From an uncultured Dehalococcoidales bacterium (lineage in GTDB: Bacteria > Chloroflexota > Dehalococcoidia > Dehalococcoidales > Fen-1064), in NCBI GenBank assembly GCA_964510485.1, contig CAZEBT010000002.1, positions 1 to 37,914 on the forward strand: a DNA stretch of 37,914 nucleotides, read 5' to 3'. The position numbers were made by a program, and so were the translations under genes. Positions 8,241 through 17,180 of this stretch are shown in pieces. Every line of letters starts with the position of its first letter. Within the stretch, counting starts at the first letter, position 1. Below the pieces are notes generated by a model. That model saw nothing but the letters and a program-made list of their open reading frames with translations. It ran no database searches and was not told where the DNA came from.

Positions 8241-9608
8241 TTAACCGATTATATTCTTGGCGTTCTCTAACGCCTGCCCTACCTGTTCCGGCGCAGTGCC
8301 ACCAATGTTATTCCTGGCAGCAAGAGACGACTCTATGGTGACCGAGAATATATCCTCATCAAATAATGGGGAGAACCCCTGGTATTCACTAAGGCTGAGT
8401 TCACCGAATGATTTACCCTTTTCTATGGCGTGGGTCACCAGTCTGGCAACAATTTCATGGGCTTTGCGGAAGGACTCTCCCTTCCTTACCAGGTAGTCGG
8501 CGAGGTCAGTAGCCAGAATGTAGCCCTGCCTGGTTGCCTGAGCTGTATTTTCGGGTTTTAGTCTCAGGGTCTTCAACATGCCGGTGGATACCTCCAGGCT
8601 GGACAGCAGGGTATCCACGGTGTCAAAGAGCCCCTCTTTATCTTCCTGCATATCCCTGTTGTAGGAGAGGGGGAGGGCCTTCATGGTGGTCAGCAGGGCG
8701 ATAAGCCTGCCGTAGACCCGGCCTGTCTTGCCGCGGACCAGCTCGGCGACATCAGGGTTTCTCTTTTGTGGCATAATGCTGCTGCCGGTGCTGTAAGCCT
8801 CGTCAAGCTCGATGAAATTGAACTCCTCTGATGACCAGAGGATAATTTCTTCGGCCAGTCGGGAGAGGTGCATCATACACAGGCTGGCGGCAGCCTGGTA
8901 CTCAACAACAAAGTCTCTATCGGAGACGGCATCAATACTATTCTGGCTTATCTGGCTGAAGCCGAGCTCCCGGGCTAGAAACTCGCGGTCAACATTGTAA
9001 GCCACGCCAGCCACAGCCCCGCTGCCCAGGGGCATGACATCGGTGTGCTTGAGGCAGTCGTTAAACCGGCCGGCATCGCGCTGGAGCATCTCAAAGTAGG
9101 CCAGGAGGTGGTGAGCCAGCAGCACCGGTTGGGCACGCTGCAGATGGGTGTATCCCGGGATGACCACGGCTTTATTGGCATCAGCCAGGTCAACAAGGGA
9201 CTGCTGAAGCTCTCTCAGCCTGTCCAGGGTACTGGCGATGGCGTCTCTGGTGAACAGGCGCAGTCCCAGAGACACCTGGTCGTTTCTGGAGCGGGCGGTG
9301 TGGAGCTTGCCGCCTGCCTCGCCGACCTTCTCGATGAGCCTGGCTTCAATATTCATATGGAGGTCTTCGAGTTCGGGCTTGAACTGGAACCTGCCCTGTT
9401 CTATTTCCTCCCTTATGGAGTTCAGCCCGTTGACAATGGTCTCGGCGTCTTTCTGTGAGATTATGCCCTGCTTGCCCAGCATTCTGGCGTGGGCAATTGA
9501 GCCGGCGATGTCATAGGGGTACAGGAGCCAGTCGAAGTGGACGGAGGCGGTATACTTCTGCGCCTGCTCATCAACATCTTTCTGAAAGCGGCCGCGAATA
9601 TGGCTCAT
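8241..9608 (-). CDS. argH: Argininosuccinate lyase
   Basis: 455 aa with fumarate-lyase family motifs (TARSRNDQV, GSSIMPQKRNPD). It sits in the arg operon. Confidence 0.95.
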   Translation of the reverse strand: MSHIRGRFQKDVDEQAQKYTASVHFDWLLYPYDIAGSIAHARMLGKQGIISQKDAETIVNGLNSIREEIEQGRFQFKPELEDLHMNIEARLIEKVGEAGGKLHTARSRNDQVSLGLRLFTRDAIASTLDRLRELQQSLVDLADANKAVVIPGYTHLQRAQPVLLAHHLLAYFEMLQRDAGRFNDCLKHTDVMPLGSGAVAGVAYNVDREFLARELGFSQISQNSIDAVSDRDFVVEYQAAASLCMMHLSRLAEEIILWSSEEFNFIELDEAYSTGSSIMPQKRNPDVAELVRGKTGRVYGRLIALLTTMKALPLSYNRDMQEDKEGLFDTVDTLLSSLEVSTGMLKTLRLKPENTAQATRQGYILATDLADYLVRKGESFRKAHEIVARLVTHAIEKGKSFGELSLSEYQGFSPLFDEDIFSVTIESSLAARNNIGGTAPEQVGQALENAKNIIG

Positions 9609-9609
9609 A

Positions 9610-10899
9610 CTAGGCTTCTCCTAATTGTAGCAAATCCTTTGGTTCTTTGAGATGTATTTCTATTCCAAACTTGGCTTTGATTTCAAAGCCTCTTTTCCTT
9701 GCGCTATCATCAAATCCAGTCTGAGATACTACGACCATTTGCTTGACAGGCTGAGGCACTTTCGGGTGTAATTGCGCGTCTGAAAGGAACTGGCTTACTA
9801 TGCCATAGTCTACTCCGCCTGTTTTTGTTTGAATTGGTACCCCGTCCTTTGTTACGCCGTCCACCCCTTTATCTGGAAGTGGCTTGGTCGCACCGTAGAA
9901 CTCGTTGACCCACCTCTCAAACTCGTTAGGGTGCATTGTACCAACCTCCTCTAAATCACGGGAGACATAATTAGCCTTTGTAAACTGTTCTTTTATGCCA
10001 AGGGGCATCTGAATTTCCCTACCTTTGGTTATCTCATAGGCGGTTTTATTGATGTCAATACCTATCCATCTTCTATTAAGTTTGTGAGCTACTACTATAG
10101 CTGTGCCACAACCACAGAATGGGTCTAGGACTAAATCATCTTCATTACTTGATGCCTTGATAATGCGTTCCAACAAGGCTTCAGGTTTTTGGGTGGGATA
10201 ACCGACATATTCATCCCTATATTGCGAACCTCTAATTATATCTATCCACCAGTCTTCGGGAACTTTCCCTAGTTTGTGTAACCTAATTTTGTCAAAGTCC
10301 ATACCGCCAGCCCCAATAACTGTCCTAGTCGCCCTTTTAACGCTCTCTGGAGCGTATGGTATCCTAATGTTATCTTTATTGAATGTCACTTTATGACTTT
10401 TAGAATATCTAAGAATTACATCATGCTTTCTGGGAAAGTCTTGCTTCACATTTGACGCACCTGTATAACACCATACAATTTCATTCCTAAAGTTCTCAAC
10501 ACCAAATATCTCATCCATGACTATCTTTACGTAGTGAGAGGCTCTATAGTCACAGTGTAAGTATATACTTCCTGAATGTTTCAGCACTCTGTAGCAAGCG
10601 CGAAGCCTTTCCATCATGTAGTAAAGGTATGCGGCAAGTGCGGTATGCTTATTGCCTATGTCACTTAGCCACACAGGCGCTTTTTTTCGCATAGCTTCAA
10701 GGTGTTTGCTCCAATATCCCTTAGTGTCTTCAAAGGATATTTCCATAGCTCCCGGTTGCCATTTGTTTGTGCCTTTCTGAATCTTGCCTGTAAAAAATGG
10801 GGGGTCAAGATATATTAAGTCAATAGATTCTGGTGGAATATCATGATTTAAAACAAATAGGCAATCGCCGTGATAGAAAGTATTTTTGTCTAAACTCAT
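9610..10899 (-). CDS. Beta-class N6/N4 DNA methyltransferase fused to a C-terminal Mrr-like (PD-(D/E)xK-type) domain
   Basis: IYLDPPFF (motif IV) comes first and VLDPFCGCGTAIV...IGIDIN (motif I) later, which is the beta-class order. The last 130 aa or so read FERWV...DKGVDGV...PIQTK...VVVSQTGF. Two 60-nt samples I counted give about 38-42% G+C, against 58% in an argG sample. Confidence 0.8.
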   Translation of the reverse strand: MSLDKNTFYHGDCLFVLNHDIPPESIDLIYLDPPFFTGKIQKGTNKWQPGAMEISFEDTKGYWSKHLEAMRKKAPVWLSDIGNKHTALAAYLYYMMERLRACYRVLKHSGSIYLHCDYRASHYVKIVMDEIFGVENFRNEIVWCYTGASNVKQDFPRKHDVILRYSKSHKVTFNKDNIRIPYAPESVKRATRTVIGAGGMDFDKIRLHKLGKVPEDWWIDIIRGSQYRDEYVGYPTQKPEALLERIIKASSNEDDLVLDPFCGCGTAIVVAHKLNRRWIGIDINKTAYEITKGREIQMPLGIKEQFTKANYVSRDLEEVGTMHPNEFERWVNEFYGATKPLPDKGVDGVTKDGVPIQTKTGGVDYGIVSQFLSDAQLHPKVPQPVKQMVVVSQTGFDDSARKRGFEIKAKFGIEIHLKEPKDLLQLGEA

Positions 10900-10900
10900 G

Positions 10901-12148
10901 CTAACCCTCCTCTAATTGCTTTGGTGACGGGATGCTGAGTGGTCCCTCGGCTTCACCGATTAGCTGCACCTGAGCCTGGGTTCTGACCGGCAGGCCCCAG
11001 AGGTGAATGAAGCCTTCAGCGGCGCTCTGGTCAAACTCATCGCCCTTATCATAGGTTGCCAGGCTGAGGCTATAGAGTGACTTGGGTGATTTTCGTCCGA
11101 CTACCGTGCTGTTGCCCTTAAGCAGCCTGACCCTGATTGTCCCGGTAACGTGACGCTGTGAGCTGAGTACATAGGCAGCCAGGTCCCGGTTCAGCGAGCT
11201 GAACCACAGCCCGTTGTAGATAAGGTCGGCGCACTCTGCAGACACTCTCTGCTTGAAGCGTAGCTGGTCTTTGGACAGGGTCATCGCTTCCAGGGCCTGG
11301 TGTGCCTGAATCAGGGTGACAGCCGCCGGCGCTTCGTAAATCTCACGCGATTTTATTCCGACCAGCCGGTTCTCAATGTGGTCAATCCTGCCCACACCGT
11401 GCCTGCCAGCCAGTTCGTTCAGTTTCAGAATCAGGCTGACGCCGTCCATCTCCTGGCCGTCAAGCGCGACGGGGATGCCTTTATCAAAGCCAATCTCAGC
11501 GTAATCCGGCTTATCGGGGGCTTTACCGGGTGACTTTGTCCAGGTATAGACCTCCTCAGGCGGTTCCACCCAGGGGTCTTCCAGAGCCCCGCACTCAATG
11601 CTCTTCCCCCAGAGGTTCTCGTCGATGGAGTACGGGCTCTCAACAGTGATAGGGATGGGGATATTGTGACGCTGGGCATAGTCAATGGTTTCTTCCCGGG
11701 TCATTCCCCACTCCCGGGCCGGGGCAATAATCTTCAGGCTGGGAGCCAGGGCGTTAATGCCCACCTCGAATCTCACCTGGTCGTTCCCCTTGCCGGTGCA
11801 GCCGTGGGCTATTATGGTTGCCCCCTCGGCTTCTGCGGTATCTACCATCAGTTTGGCCATGAGCGGTCGCGATAGGGCTGTAGCCAGCGGGTACTGCCCC
11901 TCATAGAGTGCATTTGCCTGTAAGGCGGGGAAGATGAAGTAGTTAACAAATAGCTCCTTGGCATCAATGACCTCTGCCTTAATGGCGCCGACATCAAGCG
12001 CTTTCTGGCGTATGGCGGAGAATTCGCGCTCATTGCCGACATCAACGGTAACGGCAATGACATCGAGGTTGTATTTCTCCTGGAGCCATTTGATGGCTAC
12101 CGATGTGTCTAACCCGCCGCTGTAAGACAGAACAACTTTTTCCGACAT
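10901..12148 (-). CDS. argG: Argininosuccinate synthase
   Basis: 415 aa starting MSEKVVLSYSGGLDTSV, with the HGCTGKGNDQVRFE motif. Confidence 0.95.
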   Translation of the reverse strand: MSEKVVLSYSGGLDTSVAIKWLQEKYNLDVIAVTVDVGNEREFSAIRQKALDVGAIKAEVIDAKELFVNYFIFPALQANALYEGQYPLATALSRPLMAKLMVDTAEAEGATIIAHGCTGKGNDQVRFEVGINALAPSLKIIAPAREWGMTREETIDYAQRHNIPIPITVESPYSIDENLWGKSIECGALEDPWVEPPEEVYTWTKSPGKAPDKPDYAEIGFDKGIPVALDGQEMDGVSLILKLNELAGRHGVGRIDHIENRLVGIKSREIYEAPAAVTLIQAHQALEAMTLSKDQLRFKQRVSAECADLIYNGLWFSSLNRDLAAYVLSSQRHVTGTIRVRLLKGNSTVVGRKSPKSLYSLSLATYDKGDEFDQSAAEGFIHLWGLPVRTQAQVQLIGEAEGPLSIPSPKQLEEG

Positions 12149-12191
12149 ATCTAAATAGTCCTCCTTGGGCTAATATTCTTTATTTTAATAT

Positions 12192-13379
12192 TTAACTGGC
12201 ATTGCTGGACAGGGCTTCATCCAGAATGTCTAGTGCCTCGTCCACTTCCTTATTGCCGATAATAAGGGGGGGCATGAAGCGCAGGGCATCGGGTTTTACA
12301 CGGTTGGCCAGCAGACCTTTCTCAAGGCAGGTCATTACTACTGACTGGGCAATCTCACTGTTAAACCCGATAGCCAGCAGCAGTCCCCGCCCCCTTACAT
12401 CGGTGATGAACGGGTATTTCTTCTGCAAATTTTTCAGTCCATCAGTAAGGTATTGCCCTACCCTCCGGGCATTCCCGGCGATGTCATTTTCAATGATAAA
12501 CTTTACGGTGGCGTAGCTGGCAGCGCAGGTTAGGGGGTTGCCACCGAAGGTAGCGCCGTGGTCTCCAGGTGCGAAAACCGAGGCGCTATCCTTGGCCATG
12601 AAGGCGCCAATAGGTACGCCACTGCCCAGCCCCTTTGCCAGGGCCATTATATCAGGTTCAATGCCGTACTGCTCGTAGGCAAAGAGGGTGCCCGTCCTGC
12701 CTATGCCGGTCTGAATCTCGTCCAGGATAAGCAGGATGCCCCTCTGGTCGCACCAGGCGCGTACTGTGGACAGGTAGTTATCCGCCGGTACATTGACCCC
12801 TCCCTCGCCCTGGATTGGCTCCAGCATCACGGCACAGGTCTGACTGGTGGTGGCGGCTTTAATCGCCTCAATGTTGTTATACTCAACGTTTTTGAAGCCG
12901 TCCGGCACAGGTTGATATGGCTCCTGGAACTTGGCCTGTCCGGTAGCGGCTGTCATAGCCAGACTGCGGCCGTGAAAGGAGTTCAGCGTGGTAATGACCT
13001 CGTAGGCTCCGTTGAGCTTGAGACTGCCGTAGCGACGGGCTAGCTTCACGGCACCTTCATTAGCCTCCAGGCCGCTATTACAGATGAAGACCTTGTCAAG
13101 ACAGCTATTATTGACCAGGAGTTCCGCCAGGCGTACCTGGGGGATGGTATAGAACTGGCCTGAGGTCTGGATGAGGGTGCGGGACTGCTCGGCGAGCGCA
13201 TTGGTGACCGCCGGGTGACAGTGTCCCAGGCTGTCAACCGCCCAGCCGCCAACAAAGTCTAGATATTCCCGGCCTTTATCATCCCATACCCGTGAACCTT
13301 CACCTCTGACCAGGGTTAGCGGTGTTCGGTTTATATAGTGCATCATGTATTTCCGGTCAAGCTCCTGCCAGTCAGTCAT
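12192..13379 (-). CDS. argD: Acetylornithine aminotransferase (class III PLP aminotransferase)
   Basis: 395 aa with the LILDEIQTGIGRTG motif, in arg operon context. Confidence 0.9.
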   Translation of the reverse strand: MTDWQELDRKYMMHYINRTPLTLVRGEGSRVWDDKGREYLDFVGGWAVDSLGHCHPAVTNALAEQSRTLIQTSGQFYTIPQVRLAELLVNNSCLDKVFICNSGLEANEGAVKLARRYGSLKLNGAYEVITTLNSFHGRSLAMTAATGQAKFQEPYQPVPDGFKNVEYNNIEAIKAATTSQTCAVMLEPIQGEGGVNVPADNYLSTVRAWCDQRGILLILDEIQTGIGRTGTLFAYEQYGIEPDIMALAKGLGSGVPIGAFMAKDSASVFAPGDHGATFGGNPLTCAASYATVKFIIENDIAGNARRVGQYLTDGLKNLQKKYPFITDVRGRGLLLAIGFNSEIAQSVVMTCLEKGLLANRVKPDALRFMPPLIIGNKEVDEALDILDEALSSNAS

Positions 13380-13421
13380 TTTTTTCTCCTGTTGAGGCGT
13401 TTTGTATCAAACCTTCCCCTT

Positions 13422-14246
13422 TTATGTTGCTATATTATTCTGTATGGTCGTGCCGATACTGCCTTCTTCAATCTCCTTGAGGAGGGCGTGGGGTGTTTTA
13501 CCGCCAATAATGGATGTCATTTTAGTATTTGATAGAGCCGTCAGGCAGGCGTTAATCTTGGGAATCATCCCTCCCGAGGCTACCCCTGTAGTTACCAGGG
13601 CTTTGGCTTCTTCGGGTGACAGCCGGGGCAGTAGCTCACCTTCACGGTTGCAGACACCGGCGACATCGGTCAGGAAGATAAGCCTCTCGGCGCCGATGGC
13701 AGCCGCTATTTCACCAGCCAGCGGGTCACCATTGATATTGAGTATACGTGGGGCTTCATCCGACCTCTGGAAGGAGTGCAGGCTCAGCGGGGCGACAACC
13801 GGAATAAAGCCGGCCTGTATCAGGGCTTCGAGAAGTGCCGTGTTTACCTTTACCACGGTTCCCACATAGCCCATCTCTTCATTCCTGAGCTTGCTCTGAA
13901 TAAGAGCGCCATCAACGCCGCTGATACCGGCTGCCTGTCCTCCCAGGCAGTTGATACTGGCTACAATTTCTTTATTGACCAGGCCAGCCAGCACTGCCGT
14001 CACCATTTCAAGGGTGGCTCTATCAGTTACCCTCTCCCCATGCACGAACTGGGTGGGGGTGCCCTGTTTCACGAGCCAGTCGGTCACCAGATTGCCGCCG
14101 CCATGCACTACCACCAGTGATTTACCCTGTTTCTGGAGCGCAACGATGTCTTCAATATCTCCGATATCCAGGACTGTAGGCTCATGTCTGCCAAATGTGC
14201 TGCCGCCTATTTTAACTACGATAGGTTTATCCAGCTTGTTTTCCAC
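13422..14246 (-). CDS. argB: Acetylglutamate kinase
   Basis: 274 aa with VVKIGGS...VVVHGGG amino-acid-kinase motifs, in arg operon context. Confidence 0.9.
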   Translation of the reverse strand: MENKLDKPIVVKIGGSTFGRHEPTVLDIGDIEDIVALQKQGKSLVVVHGGGNLVTDWLVKQGTPTQFVHGERVTDRATLEMVTAVLAGLVNKEIVASINCLGGQAAGISGVDGALIQSKLRNEEMGYVGTVVKVNTALLEALIQAGFIPVVAPLSLHSFQRSDEAPRILNINGDPLAGEIAAAIGAERLIFLTDVAGVCNREGELLPRLSPEEAKALVTTGVASGGMIPKINACLTALSNTKMTSIIGGKTPHALLKEIEEGSIGTTIQNNIAT

Positions 14247-14270
14247 TATTTTCCCTTCACGAACAGCCTG

Positions 14271-15488
14271 TCAGGTGGTGTACTGGCTGTTGATAACGAC
14301 GTATTCTTCGGACAGGTCGCAGCCCCAGGCGGTTGCCGAGCCTGAGTCAAGGTTCAGGTTCAGACTTATTGGCACCTCACTCCCCCCCAATGTCTGAACA
14401 ACCGCCTGCCGGCTGAAGGGCAGGGGTATGCCTCCCCTGACCAGAGGTATATCTCCGATGGACAGGTCAATACTTGATTCGACTACCTCCGCACCACAGC
14501 GTCCCACTGCTGCCAGAATCCGCCCCCAGTTGGGGTCGCAGCCGTATACCGCCGCCTTCACCAGGGGTGAGCTTACCACTGTCCGGGCGGCTAACCTGGC
14601 CTCGGTGGCATCTATTGCCCCGCTAACGGTAACCTCAATGAGTTTGGTGGCACCTTCACCGTCGCGGGCAATGGATTTAGCCAGATGAACGCAGACCAGG
14701 TCGAGGGCCTGCTGGAAGGCATCAGCCTGAGGGCTGTCCTGAGAAACAGGCTCATTCCCGGCCATGCCGTTAGCCATTATCAGTACCGTATCACTGGGGC
14801 TGGTATCACCGTCAACCGAGACCATGTTGAAGGAGACATCGGCTGCCTTTCGTAGTGCTGACCTCAGAAAGTCCAGGTCTGGCGAGGCATCCGTAGTCAG
14901 GAAGCAGAGCATGGTTGCCAGGTCTGGGTGTATCATGCCCGAGCCCTTGGCTACTCCACCGATAGTAAATTCGGTTTCGCCGACCCTGACAGCTACCGCG
15001 GTTTCTTTGGGAAAGGTGTCCGTGGTCATGATAGCCTTTGCCAGTTCGTGACCGCCCTCACCGGTGAGGACAATCTGGTTGATGCCATCTTCTATCAACT
15101 TCACAGGTAGCGGCTCGCCGATTACGCCGGTGCTGGCTACGAGGACATCCTCGGGGGCTGCCCCGATAGCGCTGGCGGCCAGGGCTGCCATACGGGCGGC
15201 ATCGCCCAGGCCCTGCTTGCCTGTAGAGGCATTGGCACAGCCGCTATTGGCTGCTACTGCCAGTGCCCTGCCTGTCTTCAGTCTCTCTTGACATAATACT
15301 ACAGGTGCCGACTTAATCCTGTTGGTGGTGAATAGCCCGGCAGTGGTACAGGGTGCTTCCGAGAACAGGATGCCGAGGTCGAGGACATCACCGGCCGGTT
15401 TCTTTATCCCGGCACAGGTAGCCCCGGCGCAGAATCCCCGTGGGGAGGTAACAGTGCCCCCGTTAATAAACTCAATCTTGGCTTCCAC
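14271..15488 (-). CDS. argJ: Bifunctional ornithine acetyltransferase / N-acetylglutamate synthase
   Basis: 405 aa with the ArgJ self-cleavage region DLATMLCFLTTDA. GTG start with no Shine-Dalgarno. Confidence 0.9.
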   Translation of the reverse strand: MEAKIEFINGGTVTSPRGFCAGATCAGIKKPAGDVLDLGILFSEAPCTTAGLFTTNRIKSAPVVLCQERLKTGRALAVAANSGCANASTGKQGLGDAARMAALAASAIGAAPEDVLVASTGVIGEPLPVKLIEDGINQIVLTGEGGHELAKAIMTTDTFPKETAVAVRVGETEFTIGGVAKGSGMIHPDLATMLCFLTTDASPDLDFLRSALRKAADVSFNMVSVDGDTSPSDTVLIMANGMAGNEPVSQDSPQADAFQQALDLVCVHLAKSIARDGEGATKLIEVTVSGAIDATEARLAARTVVSSPLVKAAVYGCDPNWGRILAAVGRCGAEVVESSIDLSIGDIPLVRGGIPLPFSRQAVVQTLGGSEVPISLNLNLDSGSATAWGCDLSEEYVVINSQYTT

Positions 15489-15497
15489 AATAGTTAA

Positions 15498-15526
15498 ACT
15501 ATAGCATACTCAATTTGGGTAGGCAA
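15498..15526 (-). promoter_or_regulatory. Candidate sigma70-type promoter for the arg operon (TTGCCT-17-TATAGT), 9 nt before the argJ GTG
   Basis: On the minus strand: -35 TTGCCT (15526-15521), a 17-nt spacer, then -10 TATAGT (15503-15498). The GTG start follows 9 nt later. Confidence 0.3.
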
Positions 15527-15541
15527 TGAGATTGATTGTTT

Positions 15542-15730
15542 AAGGAGAGGGGGACTTATTTATAAAGAGGGGCGAAGCCCCTCTAAAACTCCCTCTTGGA
15601 ATTCTCGGGGGCTTTGCTCCTCTAAAACCTCCACAAATACAGGGGAGTTTTGAGGGGGCGCTAGCCCCCTCTTCCTACCACCTCCCCTTCCCCTTGGCAA
15701 GGGGAAGGGGATACAGGGGATAGGGTTACC
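15542..15730. repeat. Hairpin repeat cluster, copy R2 (half Y - Z - degenerate Z - inverted Z - X - boundary B)
   Basis: AGAGGGGCGAAGCCCCTCT (15566-15584), GAGGGGGCGCTAGCCCCCTC (15652-15671), CCCCTTCCCCTT-GGC-AAGGGGAAGGGG (15684-15710), then ACAGGGGATAGGGTTACC. Confidence 0.75.
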
Positions 15731-15783
15731 AAATAGTAAAATGTAAAAGGGGTGGGGTAGATAGATAACCTGTACGGCGGGGC

Positions 15784-15812
15784 TTGCAATGCGTGACCGA
15801 TGCCGCTAAACT
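15784..15812 (+). promoter_or_regulatory. Candidate promoter (TTGCAA-17-TAAACT), 12 nt before the FAH-family gene ATG
   Basis: TTGCAA at 15784-15789, a 17-nt spacer, TAAACT at 15807-15812. No Shine-Dalgarno before the ATG at 15825. Confidence 0.3.
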
Positions 15813-15824
15813 AGGTTCTGGCTT

Positions 15825-16589
15825 ATGAAGATTGTGCGTTTCGCTGCTGGTGGGAAGGTCAGGTACGGCATACTAGGTAGCCAGTCCATTCAGGTTATTG
15901 AGGGCACGCCCTTCCGTTCCATCAGGTCAACTGACCAGCATTACCGTCCTGGTGAGGTTAAACTGCTATCGCCATGCGTCCCCTCAAAGGTAGTTTGCCT
16001 GGGGCTTAATTACCTGAGCCACGCTGAAGAGACCAACGCACCCCTGCCGAAAACTCCCCTGATTTTTCTCAAGCCTTCAACGTCGGTGATAGGGACCGGG
16101 GATAAGATTGTCTATCCGGCTATGTCAAGCAGGGTAGACTATGAGGGTGAGCTGGGGGTGGTGATGAAGAAACGGGCGTGGCACGTACTGGCAGGGGATG
16201 CCCTGGACTATGTGCTGGGCTATACCTGTTTTAACGATGTTACCGCCCGCGACCTCCAGAGTGCCGACGGGCAGTGGACCCGTGCCAAGGGTTTTGATAC
16301 CTTTGCTGCGGTGGGGCCGTGTATTGAGACGGAGCTTGACCCGGGGAGTGCCGGTGTGGAGACCTTTCTCAACGGGGAGCTGAAGCAGCAGGGTAATACC
16401 AGCGACCTTATCTATTCTGTCCCGGAATTGATTAGCTTTGTCTCCAGTGTAATGACCCTTCTGCCGGGTGATATTATCGCTACCGGCACACCCAGCGGTA
16501 TTGGTCCGATGCACCCGGGGGATACGGTTGAGGTAAGGATAGGGTCAATAGGCACCCTGAGAAACTATGTAGTCGGGAACGGCGGATAA
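15825..16589 (+). CDS. Fumarylacetoacetate hydrolase (FAH) family protein
   Basis: 254 aa. The motifs LGLNY..H..E, DYEGELGVV, GYT.FNDVTARD and GDII.TGTP.G are typical of the FAH / 2-keto-4-pentenoate hydratase family. Confidence 0.85.
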   Translation: MKIVRFAAGGKVRYGILGSQSIQVIEGTPFRSIRSTDQHYRPGEVKLLSPCVPSKVVCLGLNYLSHAEETNAPLPKTPLIFLKPSTSVIGTGDKIVYPAMSSRVDYEGELGVVMKKRAWHVLAGDALDYVLGYTCFNDVTARDLQSADGQWTRAKGFDTFAAVGPCIETELDPGSAGVETFLNGELKQQGNTSDLIYSVPELISFVSSVMTLLPGDIIATGTPSGIGPMHPGDTVEVRIGSIGTLRNYVVGNGG

Positions 16590-17158
16590 TGCACCATTCG
16601 TTGAGGCTGTACAGCCAGCACCGTGAGTTTGCCCTCAGGTTCTACATGTTCTGGGCAAGGTGTACGAAGATACCGCTGGCCGGCAGGCTGGTGCGGTGGG
16701 TGGCTAATGCCTACGGCAGAAACATGGAGGGTGGCTACCTGCTCACCACCGCCGAGGCTGAGGAAATAGTGGACATTTCGGAGGGACTGGCATTGGGGCC
16801 CTGCGCCTGCCGGGCACTGTACAGGAACTGTGATAACCCGATAGATGCTGAGATAATGCTCGGTCTGAATGGTAACGTGTTTGTGGAAGAGAGACCGGGT
16901 GACTACCGCGAGATAAGTAAGCAGGAGGCCAAGGACATCCTGAGGCAGTGCCACCAGAGGGGCCTTATCCACACCATTATCAAGTGCCGGGAGGACTTCT
17001 ACGCAATATGCAATTGCTGCTCCTGCTGCTGCGTGCCGTTGAGGCTGAGCAGGCAGTACGGCATTGGCAGTGCCCTCACCCGCAGCGATGACATCGTTGG
17101 GAGGTTCAGGGAGCACCAGATGGCTCACGGGGGGCAGGCTGGTGCGTCCGGTGGTTGA
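16589..17158 (+). CDS. Cysteine-dense protein of unknown function (GPCACR ... ICNCCSCCCVP), putative metal/Fe-S binding
   Basis: 189-aa ORF whose ATG overlaps the FAH stop (TAATG). It has 11 Cys, six of them within an 8-residue window. I do not recognise the family. Confidence 0.55.
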   Translation: MHHSLRLYSQHREFALRFYMFWARCTKIPLAGRLVRWVANAYGRNMEGGYLLTTAEAEEIVDISEGLALGPCACRALYRNCDNPIDAEIMLGLNGNVFVEERPGDYREISKQEAKDILRQCHQRGLIHTIIKCREDFYAICNCCSCCCVPLRLSRQYGIGSALTRSDDIVGRFREHQMAHGGQAGASGG

Positions 17159-17180
17159 AGTGAGGGACGGGTACGGTTAT

